DNA of 32,000 nt from an uncultured bacterium (GTDB lineage: Bacteria; Auribacterota; JACPWU01): NCBI GenBank assembly GCA_964640155.1, contig CAZXEQ010000001.1:276403-308402 (forward strand). Reading direction: 5' to 3'. Position 1 is the first letter of the stretch, and every line of letters begins with the position of its first letter. The notes below the pieces were generated by a model. The model was not told the DNA's origin. It made no database searches and saw nothing but the letters and a program-made list of their open reading frames with translations. The position numbers and the translations under genes are program-made. Positions 1 to 9,171 of this stretch are shown piece by piece.

Positions 1-208
1 TTTCTGTTTTATTTTCTTTAAGCACCAATTTCATATTACAAATGGGACAATCTCCAGGTCTATCACTGGTATAGGTTGGATGCATAGGGCAATAATAAAC
101 TTTTTTCTCAGAGCGAACGGTTTTTTGAGTCATTCGTAGATAAATAAAAGTTCCCCCACTAAAAATTAACGCAGCCATCAGCAATAACGTCCATTTTTTT
201 ATTTTCAT
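1..208 (-). CDS. Efflux-pump periplasmic adaptor (membrane fusion protein), N-terminal fragment running off the window start
   Basis: Not in the ORF track because it is truncated. The reverse complement from ATG (208-206) reads MKIKKWTLLLMAALIFSGGTFIYLRMTQKTVRSEKKVYYCPMHPTYTSDRPGDCPICNMKLVLKENKTE. This is a signal anchor followed by YYCPMHP-x6-PG-x-CP-x-C-x-M-x-L, the heavy-metal-binding domain typical of CusB/CzcB-type adaptors. An AGGAG Shine-Dalgarno lies just upstream, and the gene is co-directional with and immediately downstream of the TolC-like gene. Confidence 0.75.
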   Translation of the reverse strand, partial: MKIKKWTLLLMAALIFSGGTFIYLRMTQKTVRSEKKVYYCPMHPTYTSDRPGDCPICNMKLVLKENKTE

Positions 209-264
209 AAGTTCTCCTATTAAAAACAATCATCAATCCCCAAATTCCAAACTCCAAATAATTT

Positions 265-297
265 CCAATGACCAAACTTCAAAGGCTTGGTCATTGG
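265..297 (-). repeat. Perfect 11-bp inverted repeat (hairpin) abutting the stop codon of the TolC-like gene, preceded by a CCAAAYT 7-nt periodic tract (240-262)
   Basis: ccaatgaccaa (265-275) and ttggtcattgg (287-297) are exact reverse complements with an 11-nt loop. The hairpin lies between the TolC-like stop (298-300) and the adaptor start (208). Confidence 0.6.
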
Positions 298-1599
298 TTA
301 CTGTCTGTTTATTTGGTTATTGTGATTTGATGATTGGTCATTTCTTCTAAATTCCTTTCCAACACTTTTCTCCAATTCAGCCCTATTCTTGTGATAATCT
401 GCAATAGCTTGCTCGTATTCCAACTGAAATTCTAAAAGGCTTCTCTGACTATCCAAAAGCATGAGAAAATCAATTTTGTCTGTTTGATAATTCACTTGAG
501 CCAATTGAACCACTTGTTCTGCAGATGGCAAAATTTCCAAACGATACAGATCCACCAAACTTTGGGCCGTTTTCACTTTTACAACCCCTTCGCGAATACT
601 CAAAAAAACTTCCAACCTCTTGGCGTCATACTCACTTTTGGCTTTCTTTAAATTTGCTTTGGCTTCCTGAATCGCACCACTGACTCTGGCTCTTGACCAA
701 AGCCAAGGGATATTGATACCAAACATCACATCGTACTCCTCCAAACCTTCCCCCTCAAATTGACGAGCTTCTAATTTCGTGAAAAAATTTGGCCAATATT
801 CTCGTTGAGCTAGTTTTAGTTCATAAAGACTCGCGCGAATATTGAATTGTTCATTCTTCAATAGAGGACTATGATCAAGAGCCAAGTCCATCAAAGCATC
901 CTCATCTAAAGACATTTTCTCCACGGATTGGACTTGAGGCTTTTGAAAAACCTGATTTTGTGTATGTGCAAGTATTGCATTCAGCTTCGCTTGAATAGAA
1001 ATTTGAGTCTGCTTCTGAATCAAAAACCTGTTTTTCACTTTTGCAAGCTCTACCTGAGCCTTTAAAACATCTTGCCCAGACGCTTTACCCAATTCATATT
1101 TCTGTCTTGCAATATCCAAAAACTGTTTCAACAAATCTTCATGCTTTTGTAAAATAACCAAAGATTGGTCGCCCCAACAAAAATCTGCATAAGCCATTTT
1201 CATACGACTCATGATTTCAAGTTTTTTCTCTAAATATTCCTGATAAGTTTTTTGAACTTCTTGCTCTGCCACTTTTCTTTTGAGACCTGACTTACCCGGA
1301 AAAGGAATCTTTTGAGAAAAACTCCATTCAATATCTTGATAACGACCCCAGTCCAGCGTATTTCTAGACATCCCTTCAAACTCGACACCTAATTCTGGGT
1401 CATCCCATACACCCGCTTGCATGGCTTTATATTTTGCAGCTTTATACCTTTGCTGCATGGCATGAATTTCTGGATTGTTATTCAAAACCTGTTCAATCAA
1501 ATCCTGAAGATTCAGCTGAATTGGATTTGAATCAGCTGAAACTAAATTAATTGAAACCATTCCTACTAGAATTAAATTAATCCAGAAATTTTCATTCAT
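298..1599 (-). CDS. TolC-family outer-membrane efflux protein (CusC/CzcC-like)
   Basis: 433-aa ORF with an N-terminal signal peptide (MNENFWINLILVGMVSINLVSA). Two-repeat coiled-coil-rich sequence typical of the outer membrane factor family. GGAGTGG SD upstream. Same strand and operon as the adaptor. Confidence 0.85.
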   Translation of the reverse strand: MNENFWINLILVGMVSINLVSADSNPIQLNLQDLIEQVLNNNPEIHAMQQRYKAAKYKAMQAGVWDDPELGVEFEGMSRNTLDWGRYQDIEWSFSQKIPFPGKSGLKRKVAEQEVQKTYQEYLEKKLEIMSRMKMAYADFCWGDQSLVILQKHEDLLKQFLDIARQKYELGKASGQDVLKAQVELAKVKNRFLIQKQTQISIQAKLNAILAHTQNQVFQKPQVQSVEKMSLDEDALMDLALDHSPLLKNEQFNIRASLYELKLAQREYWPNFFTKLEARQFEGEGLEEYDVMFGINIPWLWSRARVSGAIQEAKANLKKAKSEYDAKRLEVFLSIREGVVKVKTAQSLVDLYRLEILPSAEQVVQLAQVNYQTDKIDFLMLLDSQRSLLEFQLEYEQAIADYHKNRAELEKSVGKEFRRNDQSSNHNNQINRQ

Positions 1600-1688
1600 T
1601 ATTCCACTCCTTTTTCAAAACTCATCACACATTGAGCGTCGCAATATTATTTTTAGGAAAGAAGATCGATAAAAGAAAAAATCTCTTT

Positions 1689-2072
1689 TCAATACGCAAG
1701 AGGAGGAGCTAAAGAGGAAAAAACTTTTTTATAGAAAGGATAATTTGAATAAATAAGGGGTGGGCTTAAATTAAGAATAAGATTTGAAAAATATATTTTG
1801 AGATTAGAAATATTAAAAAGATAGGTTAAAGAGAAAAAAGAGGATTCTTTTTCTTGAGCAAATTCTACAATTTTAGGGAGATTGGCAGAGAAAGAACAAC
1901 AGCACAGACCACTCCCCGCTTTAGGTTGTTGAGACTCTTTTTCTGAAGAAGCATGGCAGGGAGGCAAACTCTTTTTAGAAGAAGGACAGCAGGCTGAAGT
2001 ACCCACCACCCCACATGCTAAAGAGCCGACAAAATAAATGAGCACAAAAAATGAACCCAAAAGCTTTGCCAT
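1689..2072 (-). CDS. Small Cys-rich exported protein, hypothetical (possible metal-binding accessory protein of the efflux operon)
   Basis: ORF with a strong GGGAGGA SD. Hydrophobic N-terminus, then CC, C and CCC clusters (ACGVVGTSACCPSS..PPCH..GLCCCSF). It is the first gene of the TolC/adaptor operon. The C-terminal half is low-complexity, so the true extent is uncertain. Confidence 0.4.
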   Translation of the reverse strand: MAKLLGSFFVLIYFVGSLACGVVGTSACCPSSKKSLPPCHASSEKESQQPKAGSGLCCCSFSANLPKIVEFAQEKESSFFSLTYLFNISNLKIYFSNLILNLSPPLIYSNYPFYKKVFSSLAPPLAY

Positions 2073-2148
2073 ATTTTTATTATCCTCCCTCTAAAGACAC
2101 ACGTCAACAAAAAAAGACAATTTGACATCCTATGATTATAGTCTATGT

Positions 2149-2326
2149 AAAAGTGTGGTTTTTATAAACTCGGGTGATCCCACCACCTTCGTGTTTGCCA
2201 GAGGCAAACCTCCTTGGGAGGTGTTCGCTTCGCGAACCCAAGAAGGTGGTTGGGAGCGGGGGCCCCACCGCGCGCAACTTTTGCTGAGCACGGTGGGGCT
2301 GCCAAGTGGCAGGACCCGATACTTTT
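2149..2326 (+). ncRNA. Unclassified GC-rich structured RNA element, copy 1 (expanded variant), in the leader of the DD-carboxypeptidase gene
   Basis: Core 2170-2319. P1 is UCGGG (2170-74) with CCCGA (2315-19). P3 is CCCCACCG (2263-70) with CGGUGGGG (2291-98), enclosing the conserved loop CGCGCAACUUUUGCUGAGCA. It carries an extra 78-nt domain at 2178-2255: a 13-bp stem UCCCACCACCUUC/GAAGGUGGUUGGGA enclosing three hairpins (UUUGCC-AGA-GGCAAA, CCUCC-UUG-GGAGG, GUUCGC-UUC-GCGAAC). It aligns with copies at 17852-17959 and 22367-22471. Confidence 0.6.
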
Positions 2327-2431
2327 CAGAAAATCATACTTTTCTCTGAGCACTTTAAAACACAAAATCCTTTAAAAATTTTAACTTTTCAAGTTGAAAG
2401 TAAAGACAACCTCATTTACGATAATCGCCTT

Positions 2432-3553
2432 ATGAAAAAAATAATTTTTATATTTTTATTATTCATCATCATTGCGCCTCTTCAAGCCCAACCTCTTGAA
2501 AAAGGGCCCAATATCCCTGTTGAATCCTATTTGGTCTTCAATGTCGAAACAGACACTGTCATTTTCGAAAAAAATCCCAACGCCCCACATGCTCCTGCCA
2601 GTCTCGCCAAGTTAATGACACTTTATCTCACATTAGACGCTATTCGAAATGGGAAAGTGAAATGGGATCAACTTTACACTGCTCCAAAGCATGTATGTCG
2701 TGTAGGCGGCTCAAAAGCTAAACTTTGGCCAGGAGAAAAAATTTCCATTCGAGATCTTTATAAAGCAGCTGCAATCGGAAGTGCCAATGATGCAGCCGCT
2801 GCCCTTGCAGAAATCATCGGAGGCTCTCAAACAAATTTCGTGAATATGATGAATATAAAGGCTCGTTCTCTGGGATTAACTCAAACTCGTTTTGTCAGCC
2901 CCCACGGTCTTCCTCCACGTCCCAACTCTCCAAAAGATACGACAACTGCTGTTGATTTAAAAAATCTCACACTCGCAATTCTGAAAAACCATCCTGAAAT
3001 GCTTCAAACCACTTCTCTTAAAGAAACATATATTCGAAAAGGCAAATATCGCTTTAACAATACCAACAAACTTATTGGTAAATATGCAGGAATGACAGGA
3101 CTTAAAACGGGTTTTACAAATGCAGCAGGGTTTTGTCTGGTTTCAACTGTCAAACGTGGCAACTTAAGCGTTATTTGTGTGCTCTTAGGAGCAAAATCAA
3201 ATAAAGAACGTTTTTTGCATACACAGAAACTCCTGAACGAAGTTTTTTTACGATTTACTAATGTTTCTCACTTTTGCAAGGGAAAATCTTTTGAAATCCC
3301 CATTGCTGAAAGTGCTAATCGTGTGGATATTGGGATTGCACAAAGAAATCTTCTGTTTATAGGCCCTAAAAATGCGGTCTCAAAAATTCATTATGAGTTG
3401 TTTATCCCTCACCAGCTTAAAGCCCCTATTTCTCAAGGGCAAAAGATTGGAGAATATGTTGCTACATGGAATGGAAAAGTTCTGGCGAGAACAAATGTCC
3501 TTGCTCAAAAACCTATTGAGAAAAAAGGGCTGTTAAAGAGGATTTGGTCGTAG
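2432..3553 (+). CDS. D-alanyl-D-alanine carboxypeptidase (PBP5/6-type, peptidase S11)
   Basis: The track ORF starts at 2306 but reads through the RNA element. The in-frame ATG at 2432 gives MKKIIFIFLLFIIIAPLQA, a signal peptide. Contains SxxK (SLAKLMT), SxN (GSANDAA), KTG (LKTGFT) and the C-terminal PBP5 domain. Confidence 0.88.
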   Translation: MKKIIFIFLLFIIIAPLQAQPLEKGPNIPVESYLVFNVETDTVIFEKNPNAPHAPASLAKLMTLYLTLDAIRNGKVKWDQLYTAPKHVCRVGGSKAKLWPGEKISIRDLYKAAAIGSANDAAAALAEIIGGSQTNFVNMMNIKARSLGLTQTRFVSPHGLPPRPNSPKDTTTAVDLKNLTLAILKNHPEMLQTTSLKETYIRKGKYRFNNTNKLIGKYAGMTGLKTGFTNAAGFCLVSTVKRGNLSVICVLLGAKSNKERFLHTQKLLNEVFLRFTNVSHFCKGKSFEIPIAESANRVDIGIAQRNLLFIGPKNAVSKIHYELFIPHQLKAPISQGQKIGEYVATWNGKVLARTNVLAQKPIEKKGLLKRIWS

Positions 3554-3738
3554 CAATGAAGTTTAGAGATTGAAAGTCTAAAATTACTAACAAGTCCGCA
3601 GTTTATAATACACATCAAGAACTTGTACCTTTTTATTATTTTTCTAAGGATCGGTACTACTTCGATGTAGTACTACAGGGCCGATCGAAAGTCTTGTCGG
3701 ACTGTCAGATAAACAACGGCCCTGTCAGTAAGACTGCA

Positions 3739-4731
3739 TTAAAGTGCATATTTTTCTTTTTTAAACCAATCAACTGCCTTACGCAAGGCACCCTCAACAG
3801 AACTCTGAGGCAAACCTAATTCTCGAACAGCTTTGGATGCATTAAAAAACATAACTTTACGAGCCATGCGAACTCCATCGACAGGAATAGAAGGGGGACG
3901 ATGACTAATCAAATTGGCATATGCTGTACTAAAATAGGCCAAGCCTAGCGCTGCCCACAAAGGCATTTTAAATTTCGGCATTGGAATATCTGTCAAGCGA
4001 GATAAAATTTCAAAAATTTCTTTCAACCAAAGATTTTGACACCCCAAAATATATCGCTCTCCAATTCTTCCCTTTTGGGCAGCTAAAATATGCCCCATAG
4101 CAACATCTTCAACATCAATGAGATTTAAACCTGTTTCAACATATCCGATCATGCGTCCCTTCAAAAAATCTACGATCATTTGCCCTGTGGGAGTAGGCTT
4201 CACATCACGCGTTCCAACGGGCGTGCTAGGATTCACAATCACAATGGGAGCCCCTGCTTTTGCCAGTTTTCTCACTTCCTCTTCAGCTAAAAATTTAGAT
4301 CTTTTATAATGAGAGACCATGTCGTTTAATCTAACTAGAGTCTCTTCATTCCCTAGCCCCTCTTTTAGAGGGATACCCAAAACTCCTACCGTACTTGTGT
4401 AAACAATTTTACGCACTCCCGATTCTAATGCAGCTTTGATGATATTGATCGAGCCTTGAACATTGGACTCATAAAGTGTTTGAGAATTTCTTACCCATAA
4501 ACTATATTCAGCTGCTACATGATAAAGAGTATCGCAACCCCGAAGTGCTTTTGAGAAAGAACCGGCGTCTTTCAAATCTCCTCGCACTAAATCTACAGAA
4601 AAACCTTCTAAATTTTTTAGAGAACTTTGAGGACGGCTAAGAGCCCGCACTTTTTCTCCATTCAAAAGCAATTTTTCAATCACGTGACTTCCCACAAAAC
4701 CTGTTCCGCCCGTCACAAAACTCATACCCAT
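3739..4731 (-). CDS. hpnA: NAD-dependent sugar epimerase/reductase, hopanoid-associated HpnA-like
   Basis: Rossmann motif VTGGTGFVGSHV and catalytic YKRSK. Long blocks typical of HpnA/dihydroflavonol-reductase-like SDRs: IVNPSTPVG-RD-KPTPTG, GLNL..VEDVA.GH, GRIGERYILG. Confidence 0.75.
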   Translation of the reverse strand: MGMSFVTGGTGFVGSHVIEKLLLNGEKVRALSRPQSSLKNLEGFSVDLVRGDLKDAGSFSKALRGCDTLYHVAAEYSLWVRNSQTLYESNVQGSINIIKAALESGVRKIVYTSTVGVLGIPLKEGLGNEETLVRLNDMVSHYKRSKFLAEEEVRKLAKAGAPIVIVNPSTPVGTRDVKPTPTGQMIVDFLKGRMIGYVETGLNLIDVEDVAMGHILAAQKGRIGERYILGCQNLWLKEIFEILSRLTDIPMPKFKMPLWAALGLAYFSTAYANLISHRPPSIPVDGVRMARKVMFFNASKAVRELGLPQSSVEGALRKAVDWFKKEKYAL

Positions 4732-4760
4732 AACGACTTATCCTTAACTATTAAAAATTT

Positions 4761-7154
4761 TCAAACCTTTACAGGCATTTCAAAAAACTTCTGATGAAAT
4801 CCTAGCTTTTTACCTAGAGACTCAAAATTTTTTATCGCGATATCTGATGAATCTTTTTGTAGAACATCAAAAAAAAGATTCTGTATTTTCCAAAGAGAAA
4901 CATTTAAAACTTCTTCATTCGAGAAGTCTAAAATTTTTTCGATTGATTTAAAGTCATTCTGAAAAAATAATTTTTCGAGCTGAGTTTCCAAAACTCCGCG
5001 TAAAGAGGTTAAATCTAAAGCAATATCCCAATGTTTGGCTTCTTCCAAAATAGCCTTCATTTCTTTTAAAACACCATCCTTTTCTGAAAAAACCTTTATC
5101 ACTCTTTCTAAACTTCTCATTAATACATATTCGACAGATGAATGAAATGCTTTAGGTAAAGGAATTTCTTCTTCCCGAAGATGTTCCATCACAGAACGAT
5201 TTTTTTCATAAAATTCTTTAAGAGATTCTTCCAGCTTAAGCAAATTTTCTTCCGTAACAAGATTTAAAATTTTTCTTTTCTCATCCAAGAAAAGATTTTT
5301 CAGAGTCCAATAAGACCCCACTTTTTCCTGACGCATTTGAAAAATTATTTCCTTAAAAAACTTCCCATTAAACTTTTTGATGCTTTCAGCTTTAAAAGCA
5401 TCGAAAGATTCGACATTCCGCCATGTCACACAATGAAAATCAGGACCTCCTAAAAATAAAAGGGCAAAGGCCATTTCTTTAGATTCTAAGGTAATTTTAG
5501 AAGTAACACAAACCCGTCCGACTGAAAAAGAAACTCCATCTCCTGCTAAACGCTCAATCCCCAAAGAGCGATATTCATAACTATAAAGTGTACTTTGCTC
5601 TGGATAAGACTCGAAAAGACTGCTGATAGCCCAATGCGCCATGGCTCTGTTAAAATCAACTCGGGCTGGCTTTACAGCCTTTTCATAAACTCCTAAACCT
5701 GTTCCCCATTCTTTCAAATTACTTTTAGCCTTTGAAAGATATGAAGAAAAAGGATTTTCAAGATTTTCACCAAAATCTTTTGCCAATTGAATAGCACGAT
5801 CGGCGTAGTTTAGAATTTGAACAGGTTCCAAACCAGAAATTTCATCAAAAAACCATCCACAACTTGTAAACATAAGCATTGCATTTCTCTCGATCTCCAT
5901 CAGCTTTATGATTTTTACCTTATCGTCTTCAAGAACAATTTGCGGGGCATGCGACTTTAAAAATGCATTGATGGTTTCAGGATTTCGATCAATCACAACA
6001 TCAATATAATCATTTCTGGCTTTCCAAGGATCATTCAATAAAGGCTTAAGCTCTCTTTCAAAAAGTTCATCTAGTTTTTCTTTTAAACTATTGAGACCTT
6101 CTCTGAGCGGCTTTCTCCATTTCTGATTCCATCCTCGATAATGCTCTGTTCTGCAACCACAATCTTCACTCCATCGTCCTACTCCATGTGCACAACTCCA
6201 CGAACTATTTTCATAAATCTGAACTTCCCATTCCGAAGGGCAAGCTTCTAAATATTCACCAAAATTCGTAAGCCCCATTTCATTCTCATTTATTATTTTT
6301 TCAAGCGCATACGCCAAAGCCATTTCCCCAAATTTGCGATGATGTCCATAGGACTCCCCATCTGTTGCAATGGGAAGGATTTGATTCCAGGATCTATGAT
6401 GTGAAAAGCCCCCCTTCATTTTATGGGCTAAGACTTCTCCGCTCGACAAACTGTCATCAAACGCAAGTCCAAAAGAAATAGGCCCATCATAAAAAAAGAG
6501 ATCTATCGATCGCCCGCTGGGAAGAAGAAGCTTGTAAGCATGAGAAGGATCAATTTTTGCACCTGTAACATCCATCCACTCACTATTTGAACCCAGGGGA
6601 CGAACACGCCAGGCTTGATAAGGCGATAGAAGGGTGAAACGAATTCCATTAGTCGCAAGAATTTCCAATGTTTCTAAATCTACAGCTGTTTCAGAAAGCC
6701 ACATCCCTTCTGGTTTTCTCATGAATCGTTTTTCAAAGTCTCGAATCCCCCAAATCACTTGAGTCTCTTTATCTCGGAGAGAAGTCAAAGGCATAATAAT
6801 ATGATTATAAATTTGAGCCATCGCATTCCCATGTCCCTGATGCGCTCCAACACTGATCTGATCAGCTTCTAATATTTTTTTATAAACATCGCCCGCATGA
6901 CGCTCGAGCCACGCTAAAAGAGTGGGACCAAAATTAAAACTGATGCGTGAATAATTATTAATAATATTTAAAATTTTTCCTTGCGCATCTACAATACGTG
7001 CACAAGTATTGGGCGCATAACACTCTGCAGTCACACGTTCATTCCAATCATGAAAGGGATAAGCGCTATCTTGAATTTCAACTTCATCCAAGCCGGGATT
7101 TTCTCGCGGAGGTTGATAAAAATGCCCATGCACACACAGATTAAATTTTTTCAT
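4761..7154 (-). CDS. Glycoside hydrolase family 57 protein (alpha-glucan acting) with long C-terminal helical domain
   Basis: The N-terminus HGHFYQPPRENP and the following blocks (FNFGPTLL, WLSETA, GHH) are characteristic of GH57 enzymes. 797 aa. Confidence 0.85.
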   Translation of the reverse strand: MKKFNLCVHGHFYQPPRENPGLDEVEIQDSAYPFHDWNERVTAECYAPNTCARIVDAQGKILNIINNYSRISFNFGPTLLAWLERHAGDVYKKILEADQISVGAHQGHGNAMAQIYNHIIMPLTSLRDKETQVIWGIRDFEKRFMRKPEGMWLSETAVDLETLEILATNGIRFTLLSPYQAWRVRPLGSNSEWMDVTGAKIDPSHAYKLLLPSGRSIDLFFYDGPISFGLAFDDSLSSGEVLAHKMKGGFSHHRSWNQILPIATDGESYGHHRKFGEMALAYALEKIINENEMGLTNFGEYLEACPSEWEVQIYENSSWSCAHGVGRWSEDCGCRTEHYRGWNQKWRKPLREGLNSLKEKLDELFERELKPLLNDPWKARNDYIDVVIDRNPETINAFLKSHAPQIVLEDDKVKIIKLMEIERNAMLMFTSCGWFFDEISGLEPVQILNYADRAIQLAKDFGENLENPFSSYLSKAKSNLKEWGTGLGVYEKAVKPARVDFNRAMAHWAISSLFESYPEQSTLYSYEYRSLGIERLAGDGVSFSVGRVCVTSKITLESKEMAFALLFLGGPDFHCVTWRNVESFDAFKAESIKKFNGKFFKEIIFQMRQEKVGSYWTLKNLFLDEKRKILNLVTEENLLKLEESLKEFYEKNRSVMEHLREEEIPLPKAFHSSVEYVLMRSLERVIKVFSEKDGVLKEMKAILEEAKHWDIALDLTSLRGVLETQLEKLFFQNDFKSIEKILDFSNEEVLNVSLWKIQNLFFDVLQKDSSDIAIKNFESLGKKLGFHQKFFEMPVKV

Positions 7155-7307
7155 TTTTAGGATTTTACCTATATCGTTTAAGTGTTTTTTATTGTGATGT
7201 ATTATACCAAAAATATTTTTTTATAAAAATTGTTGTGGTAATCGCTTGTAAAGCTGATAGAATCTACCTCCGTCACTAAACTTAAACCTTAAAGGAGAAT
7301 CAGCAAG

Positions 7308-7586
7308 ATGAACAAAGCACAACTTGTAGAAACAATTGTTAAAGATAAGAACTCCGGAATTGAATCAAAAGCTGCCGCAGAAAAAGCCATTGCTTCTGTA
7401 TTAAGCGCCATTCGTACCGGCCTTAAGAAAGACAAAGGAGTTCAGCTGATTGGTTTTGGTAATTTTGCCGTAAAAAACAGAAAAGCTCGCAAGGGTATCA
7501 ATCCTAAGACGGGTGAAAGCATTCAAATTAAGGCTAGCCGCACTGTGGGTTTCAAGCCTGGTAAAGCTTTGAAGGCTTCTGTCTAA
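7308..7586 (+). CDS. hup: HU-family nucleoid-associated DNA-binding protein
   Basis: 92 aa: MNKAQLVE...GFGNF..K.R.AR.GINPKTGE.I.I...R...FKPGK.LK. Strong AAAGGAGAA SD. Followed by an intrinsic terminator. Confidence 0.95.
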   Translation: MNKAQLVETIVKDKNSGIESKAAAEKAIASVLSAIRTGLKKDKGVQLIGFGNFAVKNRKARKGINPKTGESIQIKASRTVGFKPGKALKASV

Positions 7587-7606
7587 TCCATTTTTCAAGA
7601 ATCAAT

Positions 7607-7646
7607 AAAAAAGCCCCGATAAACTCATCTCTATCGGGGCTTTTTT
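7607..7646. terminator. Bidirectional Rho-independent terminator between hup (+) and the oxidoreductase gene (-)
   Basis: A6-GCCCCGAUA (7613-21), 10-nt loop, UAUCGGGGC (7632-40), then U6. The A tract on the left gives a U tract on the opposite strand. Confidence 0.9.
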
Positions 7647-7690
7647 ATTTTAGATTTTTTCACAAAACCTTTCTGAAATGACATGTTAAA

Positions 7691-8719
7691 TTATGGCTTA
7701 ACCAGAATCTTCCCAAAATTTTTACGGTCGAGCATACGTTCCTGGGCAAGTCTGGCTTCGGCAAGAGGAAAGACTTGATCAATCACTGGCTTTAATTTCT
7801 TAGAAGCAATTAAAGGAAGAAGGGTTAAAAGTTCATTTCGACATCCCATCATAGAACCTAAAATAGAAAGTTGTTTGGAAAAAAGATATCGTAAATCAAG
7901 TTTTGCTTCGGGTCCTGTTGTCGCGCCGCAAGTAACCAGTTTCCCATTTTTCGCTAAAGCTGTAATACTTTGTGGCCAGGTTTCAGGTCCAATGTGTTCA
8001 AAAACGACATCGACACCATGTCCACCTGTTAAGATGCGCGCACGTTTTGAAAAGTCTTCTTTGCTATAATCAATCACTTCATCCGCCCCTAAGGCTTTTG
8101 CTTTTGCACCCTTTTCTTCACCACGTACTGTGGTAATCACAAAAGCTCCTGAGAGTTTGCCAATTTGAATGGCTGCAGAACCAATCCCACTTCCACCAGC
8201 ATGGACAAGAACACTTTGTCCTAATTTTAAACCACAACGAGTAATGAGCATATGCCAAGCGGTTAAAAAAGTGAGGGGGAAAGCAGCGGCCTCTTCAAAA
8301 GAAACAGGATCTTCAATGGGAATTACGTTGATGGCGGGAACCTTAACAAATTCCGCATATCCTCCATTCGAACCCGCTCCTAAAATTTTGTAGGATTGAC
8401 AAAGATTATCATGTCCAGAAAGACAAAATTCACATTTAAAACAGCTGAGGCCTGGGGCTACAAGCACTCGCGTTCCTATTTTTAAACCCTCCACGCCATC
8501 TACGATTTTTGCTACTTCACCGGACACATCACAGCCTGAAATATGAGGCAAATTAATTTTATAGGCAGGCACTCCCTGACGAACCCAAATATCCAAATGA
8601 TTGAGTGCACACGCCTTTACCTTAATCAGAACTTCTCCAGCATTTAATAAAGGTTCTGGAACATCTGTATATTCTAATTTTTCAGGTCCCCCATGTTCGC
8701 GAAAAATAACTGCTTTCAT
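7691..8719 (-). CDS. Zinc-binding medium-chain dehydrogenase/reductase (alcohol dehydrogenase / quinone oxidoreductase family)
   Basis: GroES-like N-domain with a Cys cluster (CFKCEFCLSGHDNLC) and the NAD(P) fold HAGGSGIGSAAIQ. 342 aa. Confidence 0.85.
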   Translation of the reverse strand: MKAVIFREHGGPEKLEYTDVPEPLLNAGEVLIKVKACALNHLDIWVRQGVPAYKINLPHISGCDVSGEVAKIVDGVEGLKIGTRVLVAPGLSCFKCEFCLSGHDNLCQSYKILGAGSNGGYAEFVKVPAINVIPIEDPVSFEEAAAFPLTFLTAWHMLITRCGLKLGQSVLVHAGGSGIGSAAIQIGKLSGAFVITTVRGEEKGAKAKALGADEVIDYSKEDFSKRARILTGGHGVDVVFEHIGPETWPQSITALAKNGKLVTCGATTGPEAKLDLRYLFSKQLSILGSMMGCRNELLTLLPLIASKKLKPVIDQVFPLAEARLAQERMLDRKNFGKILVKP

Positions 8720-8788
8720 ATGAAAGCTCCTCTCTAAAACCTATTTTTTATTTCTAATGAAATAAAATACATTTTAAGACAATTCCAA

Positions 8789-8817
8789 TTGATCAATCAT
8801 ACTAGCCATTGTATGAT
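8789..8817 (+). promoter_or_regulatory. Candidate sigma70-type promoter for the 8859 gene
   Basis: TTGATC (8789-94), 17-nt spacer, TATGAT (8812-17), about 40 nt upstream of the start codon. Confidence 0.35.
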
Positions 8818-8858
8818 ACATCCCTAATTTTTAGAATAGTCTAATAAAGGAGAAGTTT

Positions 8859-9170
8859 ATGAGCAAAGTATTAGAATTAAATGATGATTTGATAAAAGAA
8901 GTTTTTGCACTGTTATCTTGCAGCACAGATTATGAAGCAGGTTTAGCCTATGATTCAACCAGCCCAGACTTTTGGCAAAATGAAAATCTGGATGCAGATT
9001 ATGAAGTCAGTCAAGCCAAACGTGAATTTGCACTCGATGCTTTAAGAGGCGTCTTAAATTATCTTCAGCATCATGGATATCAATTGACTCAAGACGGAGA
9101 ACCCGTTGATTTCTCTGATGCCCTCAATACTTTAGTCCAAAAGTCTGAGGAAGAAGAAGTTTCTAACTAA
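8859..9170 (+). CDS. Hypothetical small acidic protein
   Basis: 103-aa ORF with AAAGGAGAA SD. No motif I recognise. Acidic C-terminus (SEEEEVSN). Confidence 0.55.
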   Translation: MSKVLELNDDLIKEVFALLSCSTDYEAGLAYDSTSPDFWQNENLDADYEVSQAKREFALDALRGVLNYLQHHGYQLTQDGEPVDFSDALNTLVQKSEEEEVSN

Positions 9171-9171
9171 A

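Noticed and set aside
2122-2365. Track ORFs 2122-2349 (+) and 2162-2365 (-)
   Set aside because: They lie entirely on the GC-rich structured RNA element. They start with TTG or have no SD. Their 'conservation' with ORF 17783-17989 is explained by nucleotide conservation, and the third copy is in another frame.
2306-2431. N-terminal extension of the DD-carboxypeptidase ORF
   Set aside because: The extension overlaps the RNA element and precedes an obvious signal peptide starting at ATG 2432.
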